Under the pieces are notes generated by a model that saw nothing but the letters and a program-made list of their open reading frames with translations, did no database searches and had not been told where the DNA came from. DNA of 62,132 nucleotides, counting the filler. It is 5 parts of 5 records of this genome, joined end to end, with 100 filler letters (N's around TTAATTAATTAA, not from the genome) between each part and the next. Parts side by side here need not be neighbours in the genome. Positions count along the whole stretch, not along the records: positions 24,294 to 44,113 come from DRR723986_3525; positions 44,214 to 49,899 come from DRR723986_3819; positions 50,000 to 55,952 come from DRR723986_3823; 2 more parts are not named here. One strand, given 5' to 3'. Made by a program: the position numbers and the translations under genes. Positions 40,429 through 50,347 of this stretch are shown here, piece after piece. Positions within the stretch are counted from its first letter, which is position 1. Every line of letters starts with the position of its first letter.

Positions 40429-40458
40429 AAGGCCCGCCGGCACCCCGGCGGGCCTTTT
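40429..40458 (+). terminator. Intrinsic terminator between the vWA paralogs
   Basis: AAGGCCCGCCGG-CACC-CCGGCGGGCCTT followed by TT. Confidence 0.75.
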
Positions 40459-40588
40459 ACCTTCCAAACGGCAACAAGCCGCCACGAACGCGCCCCAATC
40501 CTGATCGAACTTTGATCTCAAGCGGGCCGTGGGTGCCCCAGACGCACGCGGCCGGCGGTTCCGGCCACCAATTGGAAGGGACGCCAGG

Positions 40589-41347
40589 ATGAAATCCTTC
40601 ATCGCCAAACTCACACTCGGAGCCGCCGCAATTGCGCTGGCAGGTGCAGCTAATGCCAAGGTTCCGCCGACGCCGCCGGAAGATCCGGGGGCGGTACATT
40701 CCTATATCCTGCTCGACCGGACGGGTTCCATGTCCGACATCTGGGAAGAGGCGCTTGGCTCGGTCAACGCCTATGCCGCCAGCGTTGGCGAGGCCGACGA
40801 AGGCGAAATCGACGGTGAGGATATCCAGACCGATGTCACGCTCGCCATCTTCGATTATCAGGACGGCATGCAGTTTGACGTGCTGCGCGACAGCGTGAAG
40901 GCCGAAGACTGGCACAATGTCACCGATGACGAAGCCAGCCCGCGCGGCATGACGCCCCTGTTCGATGCGATTGGCCGCATGGTGAGCCTTGCCGAAGCCG
41001 ACAAGCCGGAAAAGGCCGTCATCGTGATCATGACCGATGGCCTCGAAAACTCCTCCCGTGAACTGACGAAAGACGGTGCGAAGGCCGCTCTGGAGCGGGC
41101 CGAAGCCAAGGGATGGGAAGTTGTCTTCCTCGGCGCTGAATTTGCGAGCTTCGACGATGCCGAGAGCATCGGCATGGATGCCCGCAAGACCATGGCCGTC
41201 GGGCAGGGCAGCATGCAGGACAGCATGTCGGCGCTCGCCAAGAAATCCCGCGCCTATGGCAAGGGCAAAGAGGCCGAGATCGAGTTCAATGAACAGGACC
41301 GCGCCCTCGCCGACGAGGAAGGCGTGAAGGAACGCCAGAACCAATAG
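40589..41347 (+). CDS. vWA domain protein with Sec signal peptide
   Basis: MKSFIAKLTLGAAAIALAGAANA signal; same MIDAS motifs as the upstream paralog. Confidence 0.88.
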   Translation: MKSFIAKLTLGAAAIALAGAANAKVPPTPPEDPGAVHSYILLDRTGSMSDIWEEALGSVNAYAASVGEADEGEIDGEDIQTDVTLAIFDYQDGMQFDVLRDSVKAEDWHNVTDDEASPRGMTPLFDAIGRMVSLAEADKPEKAVIVIMTDGLENSSRELTKDGAKAALERAEAKGWEVVFLGAEFASFDDAESIGMDARKTMAVGQGSMQDSMSALAKKSRAYGKGKEAEIEFNEQDRALADEEGVKERQNQ

Positions 41348-41417
41348 GAACCGGTAAACCAGAACCTCCAACGGGCAGCTGCGGCGAACCCCTGCACCCC
41401 TGCCGCCCGGAAAAGGA

Positions 41418-41443
41418 AGCCCGCCTCAGCCATGAGGCGGGCT
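41418..41443. terminator. Hairpin terminator between convergent genes
   Basis: AGCCCGCCTCA-GCCA-TGAGGCGGGCT. Confidence 0.7.
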
Positions 41444-41459
41444 GTTTCCTGTGCGGTTA

Positions 41460-41669
41460 TCAGCTTCCGCCGAGCATCGCACCGGCGAATACGCCGCCGC
41501 CGACGCAGACGGCAATCAGGATCAGAAACGCAAAACAGCCGAGGCCGCTCGATTCATAATCACCTGAGAAGGCTTCCATGGGAGTCTTCGGCCCGCGGGT
41601 GAAAATGGCCCCGATAATCCAGCCGGCGAACAGGCCAGCGATGGCTCCGATCCACATGCTGGGTGTCAT
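41460..41669 (-). CDS. Small two-TM hypothetical protein
   Basis: 69 aa with two Gly-rich hydrophobic helices. Confidence 0.65.
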   Translation of the reverse strand: MTPSMWIGAIAGLFAGWIIGAIFTRGPKTPMEAFSGDYESSGLGCFAFLILIAVCVGGGVFAGAMLGGS

Positions 41670-41808
41670 TGGCTTTGCCCCGGTGTCCTGATGATGGCCT
41701 TATTGAAGTCTAACACGGGATGTCCTGCGGGTCATGGACCGGGGCGGCCTCTGCCGGAAACAGGCGGTCACATGGACTTGCACAGCATGGCTCCGATATG
41801 TTTGCCCC

Positions 41809-42429
41809 ATGACAGATGATTTTCTCGACAAAGTCTATCACGTCTCCGGCAATGACGGGATGCGCGACCTCTACAACGCATGGGCAGGAAAATACGATCA
41901 GGACATCCTCAAAACCGGCTACGCGACCCCGGCCCGGGTGGCCGCAGCCCTCTCCGCGGAGTTGGCTGACAAGAGCGTGCCTGTTCTGGATTTCGGGTGC
42001 GGGACCGGCCTGTCGGGCACAGCGCTGGCAGAGGCGGGTTTTACCCGGATCGATGGAACGGATCTCTCGGGCGAAATGCTCGCCATGGCCCGGAAAAAGA
42101 AGATCTACAACAAGCTGTGGGAGACGGATCCGTCCGCGCCGTTACCGGTTCAGCCGGGGGACTACCGGGCGATCACGGCAATCGGTGTGATCAGTGTGGG
42201 CGGCGCGCCGGCATCCGTTTATGACGACCTGGTGGCAATTCTTGCGCCCGGTGATTTGCTGGCCTTTTCCCTGAACGACCAGAGCATGGCGATGGACGAA
42301 TATGGTGGCCGCGTGAAACGCAGCATTGCCAATGGAGAAGCCGCCGTCCGGTTAGAAGAATACGGTCCCCACCTTGCGGCACACGGACAAAATTCCGGCT
42401 CGACCGTATATGTGTTTGAACGGCTCTGA
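41809..42429 (+). CDS. Class I SAM-dependent methyltransferase
   Basis: Y..WA..YD, VLDFGCGTGLSG and G.DLS..ML motifs; start ATG 41809. Confidence 0.9.
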   Translation: MTDDFLDKVYHVSGNDGMRDLYNAWAGKYDQDILKTGYATPARVAAALSAELADKSVPVLDFGCGTGLSGTALAEAGFTRIDGTDLSGEMLAMARKKKIYNKLWETDPSAPLPVQPGDYRAITAIGVISVGGAPASVYDDLVAILAPGDLLAFSLNDQSMAMDEYGGRVKRSIANGEAAVRLEEYGPHLAAHGQNSGSTVYVFERL

Positions 42430-42441
42430 GCCAGGCAGAGC

Positions 42442-42990
42442 CTAATAGCTCTGCGCCGGTTTCACGCGTGATTCTGCGCGGTTGGCATAGTAGCCCGCGA
42501 TCAGGTCGCTGAGGGATTTGTCGGTGTCGCCATAGTCGATGCCATCGGTCCAGAGGGCGGCGGAGCAGAGATCTGACACGAACCGGCCCATCCGGTTGCT
42601 GTCCGGATCTACACCGTCATAGGATTCGCCCCGGATATCATAGGCATGCACGTTGGTCTGGTGGAACGTGTCCAGCAGGCAGGCGCGTTCTTTCGGGGAG
42701 GATGTGGCGGCCAGATCGGGCCAGTCTTCGCCCACGTCCGGCTCCATCTCGCACAGGCTGAAGACGGTCGCGGTCATCAGGCCATCGCAGGCGGCAGGGA
42801 CAGGGAGGGTTTGCGACATCAGAGTGTTTGCGCGTTCGTGTGCCGCGCGCGCCTCTTCCTGTTGTTCGAGCACGGCGTCCAGCACACGTTGCTCGTCCGA
42901 CACCTCCGCTGCGCGCTTGTTTCCGTACCAGACAAAGCCTGCGAGCCCGAGGCCGCAGATGAGCAGGATAAACGGGATCAGCGTCTTCAT
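42442..42990 (-). CDS. Hypothetical membrane-anchored exported protein
   Basis: N-terminal TM, short coiled coil, four Cys in the soluble part; RBS present. Confidence 0.7.
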   Translation of the reverse strand: MKTLIPFILLICGLGLAGFVWYGNKRAAEVSDEQRVLDAVLEQQEEARAAHERANTLMSQTLPVPAACDGLMTATVFSLCEMEPDVGEDWPDLAATSSPKERACLLDTFHQTNVHAYDIRGESYDGVDPDSNRMGRFVSDLCSAALWTDGIDYGDTDKSLSDLIAGYYANRAESRVKPAQSY

Positions 42991-43105
42991 GGATTTCCCC
43001 TTCCGGATCGTTTTTTAAGGACCATACCACGCCTTTCCCCCTGCGGCAGGTCATGCGCCTGACAAACCGGGCCGGGGCCGTTAGGCTGGCCGGGAGGAGA
43101 TTTCC

Positions 43106-43537
43106 ATGACTGACCAGACCAGGCCGCCTTTTCCGATCACGCAAATTCTTGTCCCCGTGGACATGCGGCACCGGGAGGCGTCGCAGCTGGCGATGGAATC
43201 TGCCGTGTTTCTTGCGCGGCCGACCGGGGCGAGCGTGTCGATCCTGACCGTCACGAATCCGCTCGGCACGCACCTGACGGAAATGCCTGAAGCGCGGAAG
43301 CCGGATTTCGAAGCCTTTGTCGCGGCAGAGGCAGAGCGGCTCGGCTATGCCATCACGCCCTTGTTCGAAAGCCATGAGGCCGTGAACGAGACGATCCAGA
43401 AAGTCATCAAGAAGCACGGCGTGGATTTCGTTGTGATGGCAACGCATCATCCGCGCCTGACCGACCATCTGTTCGGGTCGCACGCTTCACAGACGGCGCT
43501 GCATGCCAATTGCTCCGTGCTCATCCTGAGGGGGTGA
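43106..43537 (+). CDS. Universal stress protein
   Basis: ILVPVD..D.VVMATH..LFGS....A.CSVLILR USP pattern. Confidence 0.9.
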   Translation: MTDQTRPPFPITQILVPVDMRHREASQLAMESAVFLARPTGASVSILTVTNPLGTHLTEMPEARKPDFEAFVAAEAERLGYAITPLFESHEAVNETIQKVIKKHGVDFVVMATHHPRLTDHLFGSHASQTALHANCSVLILRG

Positions 43538-43586
43538 ACGCTCAAAGCGCTTTACTTCTGATGGGCATGGCCGTATTCAGCCGCCC

Positions 43587-43661
43587 ATGCTGACGAAACA
43601 GACCATTATTACCCCAAAGACGACCCGCCTTCGCGGGACGTTGCGGGTGTGTGCGATCTGA
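43587..43661 (+). CDS. Putative asd leader peptide MLTKQTIITPKTTRLRGTLRVCAI
   Basis: 24 codons; 10 of the first 13 residues are Met/Thr/Ile/Lys; directly upstream of asd. Confidence 0.8.
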   Translation: MLTKQTIITPKTTRLRGTLRVCAI

Positions 43662-43702
43662 TACCAGCCACCCTCACCAACGTCCCGCCCAGGCGCGGGA
43701 CG
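43624..43702 (+). promoter_or_regulatory. Attenuator with mutually exclusive hairpins
   Basis: 1:2 CCCGC/GCGGG; 2:3 perfect 11 bp GCGGGACGTTG/CAACGTCCCGC; 3:4 CGTCCCGC/GCGGGACG. Confidence 0.75.
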
Positions 43703-43714
43703 GCCATTCCCTGA

Positions 43715-44113
<399 letters not shown>

Positions 44114-44213
44114 NNNNNNNNNNNNNNNNNNNNNNNNNNNNNNNNNNNNNNNNNNNNTTAATTAATTAANNNNNNNNNNNNNNNNNNNNNNNNNNNNNNN
44201 NNNNNNNNNNNNN
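44114..44213. other. Artificial contig linker
   Basis: N44-TTAATTAATTAA-N44. Confidence 0.98.
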
Positions 44214-44756
44214 GCCGACGTGGGCTTCGCAATAGGGTTTGCCTTGTTGAACGGGCAGACCGCAGAACCAGAAATCTTCGGTTGCGGGGTCACCTACGGG
44301 CCATTTGCAGGTGCGTTCGGTCAGTTCCATCAAGGTGATCTTTTTGGATTTCTTTTCGACCTCGTTCACTTTGGCCAGTGCTTCGGGGCTGATTTCGTTT
44401 GCCGAAGGCTGCGGGGGCAGTGGCTGACCAGCGGGGATGATCTGCTTGCGCGCCGGAATTGGGCGCGATTCGGAGGCTGGGGTTGCAGCAGGCACCGGGC
44501 GCGCGGGCTCGGTTTTGGGCGAAGGCTTGGCCTCGGCCTTGGGCGGGGTCGGTTTCGGTTCGACCTTGGGTTTTGGCTTGGGGTCTGCTTTGGCGGCTGT
44601 GGCACCGGTGGTCCGGTTCGACAGGCCCAGACGGTGTACTTTGCCGATCACCGCGTTGCGGGTTACTCCGCCCAGTTCTTTTGCGATCTGGCTGGCCGAT
44701 TGGCCCTCGCCCCACATTTTTTTGAGCAGTTCAACGCGCTCGTCAGTCCAGGACAT
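44214..44756 (-). CDS. gcrA: Cell cycle regulator GcrA (3' truncated)
   Basis: MSWTDERVELLKKMW..GVTRNAVIGKVHRLGL and CKWPVGDP..FCG..YC..H. Confidence 0.96.
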
Positions 44757-44894
44757 GGCTTGCCTTTCAAAAGCGGGAAAGCGGCCCGTTTTGATGGCCG
44801 CCTTGGGAATTCGTTTCAGCGCTCTATTCTAATCACTGTGCCCCGAGTTACAAGGCACTTCGAATCAGATTCGCCAGCGCAGGGAACAAAGCAC

Positions 44895-45698
44895 ATGTCG
44901 GACTTCGTGGAATTGGGTGAACGCCGCTTTGGACGGATGAACTGGCTGGGGCTGTATACGTTGGCCAAGCGCGAAACGATGCGATTCTGTGTGGTGTGGA
45001 CCCAGACCTTGCTGGCGCCACTGGTGACGGCGGGATTGTTTCTGTTGATCTTCACCATCGCCGTTGGACCGGGGCGCGGGGATGTGATGGGCGTGTCGTT
45101 CATGACTTTTCTGGCGCCGGGGCTTTTGATGATGACGGTGATTCAGAACGCCTTTGCCAATACGTCGTCCTCGTTGGTGATTACCAAGGTACAGGGCAAT
45201 ATCGTGGACACGTTGATGCCGCCGTTATCAGCGTTGGAGCTGGTGTTGGGCTATCTGGCAGGTGGTTTGGCGCGTGGACTACTGGTGGCAGTTGGAATCG
45301 GGACGGCGTTGGCCTTGGTTCTGGGGATCGTGCCGGTACATCCGATTGTTGCATTTGCCTTCGTGGTGTTGGGCGCGACGTTCATGGGGGCGGTTGGCAT
45401 CGTGGCCGGGATTTTTGCCAACAAGTTTGACCAGATGGCCGCAATCACCAATTTTATCGTGACACCTTTGGCGTTTTTGTCGGGGACGTTTTACTCGGTT
45501 GATGCCCTGCCGCCCGTTTTGAACAAGATCACCCATATGAACCCGGTGTTTTATCTGATTGATGGGGTTCGGTTTGGTGTGATCGGAACCTCGGACAGCT
45601 CCCCTGTGTTGGGGTTTGCGGTGTGCAGCGGGGCCACATTTGCGGTCTGCCTGATCGCGTGGTGGATGTTGAAAACTGGCTATCGGCTGAAGCCTTAA
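44895..45698 (+). CDS. ABC-2 type transporter permease
   Basis: QNAFANTSSS, PLAFLSGTFYS and NPVFYLIDG.R motifs; start ATG 44895. Confidence 0.9.
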   Translation: MSDFVELGERRFGRMNWLGLYTLAKRETMRFCVVWTQTLLAPLVTAGLFLLIFTIAVGPGRGDVMGVSFMTFLAPGLLMMTVIQNAFANTSSSLVITKVQGNIVDTLMPPLSALELVLGYLAGGLARGLLVAVGIGTALALVLGIVPVHPIVAFAFVVLGATFMGAVGIVAGIFANKFDQMAAITNFIVTPLAFLSGTFYSVDALPPVLNKITHMNPVFYLIDGVRFGVIGTSDSSPVLGFAVCSGATFAVCLIAWWMLKTGYRLKP

Positions 45699-46951
45699 GC
45701 CAGTTCCAACGGGGTTTCGGAGTCGCTTGGCGGTGTTGCGGGTTCCATAGTGATTCGCGCTTTTCCCAATCGCGGGTGCAGATGTGCGGCGATTGCCCAG
45801 GCGCCGATCATGGCGGCCCCGCCTGCAGCGAAGATGCCCGCCACGGGGGAAACCAGCAACACAAGCCAGGCCGCGCCGGGGGTGAGAATGCCCGACACAT
45901 CGCGATAGCTGGAGTATACCGCCGACATTTCGGTGCGTTCCGAGGGTTTTACCGCCATCAGAAAGGGCAGTCCGGCGCTGATGTCCAGAACGATGAGCCA
46001 CAGCGACCCCGCCACCATCATGGCAACCGCGAGACTGGGCAATCCGGCCAGTGCGGTTGCGGCAATAAAGCAAGCGGCAGCGGCCAGAAACCCGGTGCGC
46101 ACGGTGCGTTTGACCGATGTCCGCTGCATCCAGCGCAGGATCAGGGGGGCGGCAAACAGCATTCCGTTGGTAAAGGACAGCAAGATGCCACCAAGTTGGT
46201 CGCCCAGACCGGCCTCGATTGCGAAAATCGGGAGGTAGACCACATAGATCCACCAGCCGCAGGATCGGATGACGGCGAACAGCCATCCGGCCAGCAGCCG
46301 GGGTTGGGCAAAGAAACGGGGCAGGTAGGTCAGCGGGTTGCCGGTTTGCGCCTTGGAGCGCGAGATGTGTTTGCCATTGCCCATGCGCAAGCGCCAGAAC
46401 ACCACCAGCATCGCAACGGCCGCGAGTGCGCTGATGACAAAGGGCGCAGGAGCCCAGTATTCCATGGCGATGACGCCCATCATTGGCCCGGCGGTCCAGC
46501 CTAGGGCGCTGTAGAGCATGCGGCTGGTTTCGCATTTTCCCAGCTCAATCCGGTTGATGTAATCCAGCACATAGGCGTTGAAGCAGATAAAGGTGGCCAC
46601 TGCGGCGACCGTGTTCAGCGCCAGCGCTGCGATGACAGCCATGGGGCTGCCTTCGATTGCGAGGAGGGCGGAGACGATGAACAAAACGGTGCCAAAGCTA
46701 TACGCCCAACGGCGGGGCACAAAGCGGATCAATGACGGGACCAACAGGCCCACAATCAATGAGACAACTCCGATGGAGAAATATACCGAAGACACCGCGC
46801 CAGCATCGCCAAGGGCGCGATAGAGGACCAGAGGAAAGACCGAGATCAGGATGCCGCGCACGATGCCTTCGAGACCGGCGAGGATGCCAAAGTCACGAAC
46901 CGATGGTGCGGGCGCGTGGCGGACCCATTCGGGTATACGGCGTTCATGCAT
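45695..46951 (-). CDS. MFS transporter
   Basis: 418 aa with about 12 hydrophobic helices in two halves. Confidence 0.8.
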   Translation of the reverse strand: MHERRIPEWVRHAPAPSVRDFGILAGLEGIVRGILISVFPLVLYRALGDAGAVSSVYFSIGVVSLIVGLLVPSLIRFVPRRWAYSFGTVLFIVSALLAIEGSPMAVIAALALNTVAAVATFICFNAYVLDYINRIELGKCETSRMLYSALGWTAGPMMGVIAMEYWAPAPFVISALAAVAMLVVFWRLRMGNGKHISRSKAQTGNPLTYLPRFFAQPRLLAGWLFAVIRSCGWWIYVVYLPIFAIEAGLGDQLGGILLSFTNGMLFAAPLILRWMQRTSVKRTVRTGFLAAAACFIAATALAGLPSLAVAMMVAGSLWLIVLDISAGLPFLMAVKPSERTEMSAVYSSYRDVSGILTPGAAWLVLLVSPVAGIFAAGGAAMIGAWAIAAHLHPRLGKARITMEPATPPSDSETPLELA

Positions 46952-47102
46952 GGCGCGTCCTCGCTAACAAACTGAGCTCAGATTGCGCCTTTGGTTGGGG
47001 CCTTCATAAGGAAATACGACATGGGCGTCGCGGACAGGCCGCGTTCAGGAAAATTTGACCATGTGGTGCATGTTTTTAGTGTGGGCGGGTGTTTGGATCT
47101 TG

Positions 47103-47999
47103 TTAAGCTTTTGATTTTAAGGATTTGTTATGCCCTTCGCGCCAAGCAAGCAGCAGTGCGCCGCTGAGAATGATCGCCGCCCCGCTGAGGCTGATGGCGT
47201 CTGGGATCACGTCGAAACCCACAAAGTCATAGAGCGCGGCAAAGATCAGCGTTGCATAGCTGAATGGGGCGACAAAGGACGCGTCCGCGCGCGCCATGGC
47301 GTTCACAAAACACGCCTGCGCGCAGGCCATCAGCAGGCCGATCCCTGCAAGAGCCATCCATTGGTCTAGCGTTGGCATGTGCCACACAGGCAGTACTGCC
47401 AGCGTGGCGATGCCCAAGCCAAGCGCGTTGTTCACCAGCAGGATCTGAAACGGTGATTCGCGGCCCGAAAGTTTTTTGATGAGGATCAGCTCCAGTCCCA
47501 TAATCACGGCGGCCCCAAGAGCCAATAGGGCGGCGGGTTGAAAGCTGTCTGGGGTTGGACGCAACAGAATCAGGGCGCCGATGAGGGCGATGCCGGCTGC
47601 GCTCCACCGCCATGGGCCAACGCGTTCCCCCAAGAGGGGGATGGCGAGAACCATGGCAAACACCGGGTTCAGGAAAGAAATGGCGGTGGCATCTGACATC
47701 GGAATGAACGCGACCGAGGCAAACATGAGGGTCACGCCCCCCCATCCAAACAAGGTGCGCCCGATGTGCAGACGCCAGTGAGGGCGGCTGAGCGGGGGGC
47801 GCATGATGGCGACGGTGGTCGCGATAGCCATGAACGCAAAGAGGAATCGCCCGTGGCTGATCTGAAACGGGCTGAGCGGGGGTCCAAGCGTCTCTGTTCC
47901 CAAAGCTTTGGCGAACAGGGTCGTGCCCGCGATGAAGGCCGAGGCGATGAAGATCAGCAGCGCGGCCAATGCGGGATTTTGGGCTTTGGGTTCGAACAT
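47103..47999 (-). CDS. DMT/EamA family transporter
   Basis: LLGERVGPWRW and AS.VAPF.Y motifs; about 10 TMs. Confidence 0.88.
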   Translation of the reverse strand: MFEPKAQNPALAALLIFIASAFIAGTTLFAKALGTETLGPPLSPFQISHGRFLFAFMAIATTVAIMRPPLSRPHWRLHIGRTLFGWGGVTLMFASVAFIPMSDATAISFLNPVFAMVLAIPLLGERVGPWRWSAAGIALIGALILLRPTPDSFQPAALLALGAAVIMGLELILIKKLSGRESPFQILLVNNALGLGIATLAVLPVWHMPTLDQWMALAGIGLLMACAQACFVNAMARADASFVAPFSYATLIFAALYDFVGFDVIPDAISLSGAAIILSGALLLAWREGHNKSLKSKA

Positions 48000-48303
48000 G
48001 GCCAAGCGGTGCGCCTGTTTTGGGGGATTGGCAAGGAAAAACGCGGGCAATGTGGAATTTCGACCGTGATGAATGAGATGTGGAGTTGTGTTCGATTTTC
48101 CAGATGTGAATATCGTTTAAAAATAATGTGTTGCGGATGTTTTGGTCGTGGGGGATGTGTCGGTTGGTGGGGCAGGTGGAGTATGCGAGGTGGTCAAATT
48201 GGAGTGCCGAATTGGTCAAATTGGGTCTAAATTAGTCGTTTCGGAAGTGACCGCGCCCGATAGGGGGTTTTATTCTGGTGGATCCTCGGCTAAGCATCGC
48301 GTC

Positions 48304-48348
48304 ATGATCAAACACACACACATCACGTCTGTCCGACGCCGACGCTAA
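48304..48348 (+). CDS. Putative arginine leader peptide MIKHTHITSVRRRR
   Basis: 14-codon ORF ending CGA CGC CGA CGC TAA, 124 nt upstream of argD. Confidence 0.72.
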   Translation: MIKHTHITSVRRRR

Positions 48349-48472
48349 TTCGCGTATCGACCCGATTGATCCTCGGCGCGACTAAATCCGCGCACCCCTC
48401 TCCAAAATGTTGACGAAACCGCCCCTTGTGATGCACTCATCGGGGCTCAAGTATCCAAAAAGGATGATCCAG

Positions 48473-49660
48473 ATGATCCCGTCCGTTCTGCCGACTTATA
48501 ACCGTGCGCCGCTTCAGTTTGTGAAGGGCGAAGGCACTTGGCTGATCGAGGCTGATGGGCGACGCTTTTTAGATCTGGGTGCGGGCATTGCGGTGAACGC
48601 GCTGGGCCATGCGCATCCGGCGCTGGTCGAGGCGCTGACCACACAGGCGCAGGCGCTGTGGCATGTGTCGAACTTGTATGAGATTCCACAACAGCAGGCG
48701 TTGGCCGACAAGCTGGTCGACAACACCTTTGCGGATACCGTATTTTTCACCAATTCGGGGACAGAGGCCTGTGAGCTGGCGGTCAAAATGGCGCGCAAGT
48801 ATTTCTATGAAAAGGGCCAGCCTGAGCGGATCGAGATTCTGACTTTTGACGGGTCATTCCATGGTAGGTCTTCGGCAGGGATTGCCGCGGCAGGGTCGGA
48901 AAAGATGACCAAAGGGTTTGGGCCAACATTGCCCGGCTTTGTACATCTGACCTTTGGCGATCTGGATGGGGTGACCAATGCGATCACCGACAAAACAGCG
49001 GCGATCATGATTGAACCGGTGCAGGGTGAGGGCGGCATTCGTCCAGTCCCTGATGCGGAAATGAAGGCGTTGCGTCAGATCTGTGATGAGCACGGCTTGT
49101 TGCTGATTCTGGACGAGGTTCAGTGCGGTGTGGGCCGGACAGGCAAGTTGTTTGCCTATGAATGGGCGGGGATCACCCCGGACATCATGATGGTTGCCAA
49201 AGGCATCGGCGGGGGCTTTCCCTTGGGGGCGGTTCTGGCCACAGAAGACGCGGCCAGTGGCATGACGGCAGGGACCCATGGGTCGACTTATGGCGGTAAC
49301 CCGTTGGGCTGCGCGGTCGGCTGTGCCGTGATGGATCACGTGGCGGATGCGGATTTTCTGGCCGAGGTGAACCGCAAATCCGGCCTGCTGCGCCAAAAGC
49401 TGGAAGGGTTGGTTGCGGATCACCCCGAGGTGTTTGAATCGGTGCGCGGGTCTGGCCTGATGTTGGGGTTGAAATGTGTGGCGACGAACATTGATGTGGT
49501 CAATGCTGGCTATGACAATCAGGTCATCACCGTGCCTGCGGCAGACAATGTGATCCGCTTGTTGCCGCCCCTGACACTGACAGATGACGATATTGCCGAG
49601 GCCACGGCGCGGCTTGATAAAGCGGCGGCGCAGGTCGAAACTCAGCTGGCGACGGCTTAA
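48473..49660 (+). CDS. argD: Acetylornithine aminotransferase
   Basis: GIAVN.LGH, NSGTEA, FHGR, EPVQGEGG, DEVQCG.GRTG, AKG.GGG and HGSTYGGNPL; followed by argF. Confidence 0.95.
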   Translation: MIPSVLPTYNRAPLQFVKGEGTWLIEADGRRFLDLGAGIAVNALGHAHPALVEALTTQAQALWHVSNLYEIPQQQALADKLVDNTFADTVFFTNSGTEACELAVKMARKYFYEKGQPERIEILTFDGSFHGRSSAGIAAAGSEKMTKGFGPTLPGFVHLTFGDLDGVTNAITDKTAAIMIEPVQGEGGIRPVPDAEMKALRQICDEHGLLLILDEVQCGVGRTGKLFAYEWAGITPDIMMVAKGIGGGFPLGAVLATEDAASGMTAGTHGSTYGGNPLGCAVGCAVMDHVADADFLAEVNRKSGLLRQKLEGLVADHPEVFESVRGSGLMLGLKCVATNIDVVNAGYDNQVITVPAADNVIRLLPPLTLTDDDIAEATARLDKAAAQVETQLATA

Positions 49661-49732
49661 CATTACTCGGGACTGATACGGCAGGGTGGGGCGATGTTCC
49701 CACCGGTGCCGAAAAGCAAAAGCGATACAGAC

Positions 49733-49899
49733 ATGAACCATTTTCTAGACATTCACAAAACTGATGCCGCTGATTTGCGGTCGATGATTGATCAGGCGGC
49801 CAAGACCAAGACGGCCCGTTTGGGCCAACCCAAGGCGGCCGTGGACGAAGACCAGCCGCTCAAGGATCGCATGGTTGCGCTGATCTTTGAAAAGCCATC
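49733..49899 (+). CDS. argF: Ornithine carbamoyltransferase (3' truncated)
   Basis: [16 protein letters not shown](S), leading into the STRT motif; downstream of argD. Confidence 0.9.
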
Positions 49900-49999
49900 N
49901 NNNNNNNNNNNNNNNNNNNNNNNNNNNNNNNNNNNNNNNNNNNTTAATTAATTAANNNNNNNNNNNNNNNNNNNNNNNNNNNNNNNNNNNNNNNNNNNN
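49900..49999. other. Artificial contig linker
   Basis: N44-TTAATTAATTAA-N44. Confidence 0.98.
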
Positions 50000-50117
50000 C
50001 CCGCCGCTCCATCCGTCTCCCGCGTCCGGTCGGGCCGTTTGCCTGCTCGGGTCGGGCAAACCTACCGTCAAAACACACACACATGAGTGCGGAAGCATAT
50101 CCTCCGGATGGCCCCCA

Positions 50118-50278
50118 AATCAGCCCGCGTCAAGGATCGCAAAACTTTTCGGCGAGGGCGGGGGCCTGTGGCGCGGGGCGGTCCCGTGCGTGAACGCGCG
50201 CATGTGTCGGGTGCTGCGCGTGGAAAACTTTTGCGCCCGGCAAGCCGGCGGCTGCGCCGTCCCTGACCCGGGCAGATT
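50118..50278. promoter_or_regulatory. Long imperfect fold-back, candidate single-stranded DNA promoter 1
   Basis: 50118-50137 pairs with 50259-50278 (16/20); 50138-50150 pairs with 50223-50235 (12/13). Confidence 0.65.
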
Positions 50279-50347
50279 CGGAAACCAGGCATTCGGCCAT
50301 GCCACCACACTCACGTGGTGGTCGAACCCAATATCTGGAGAATGAAT

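Noticed and set aside
44220-44894. N-terminal extension of the 492-aa ORF, suggesting a fusion to the ABC permease
   Set aside because: It overlaps gcrA on the opposite strand; the real start is ATG 44895 with an RBS
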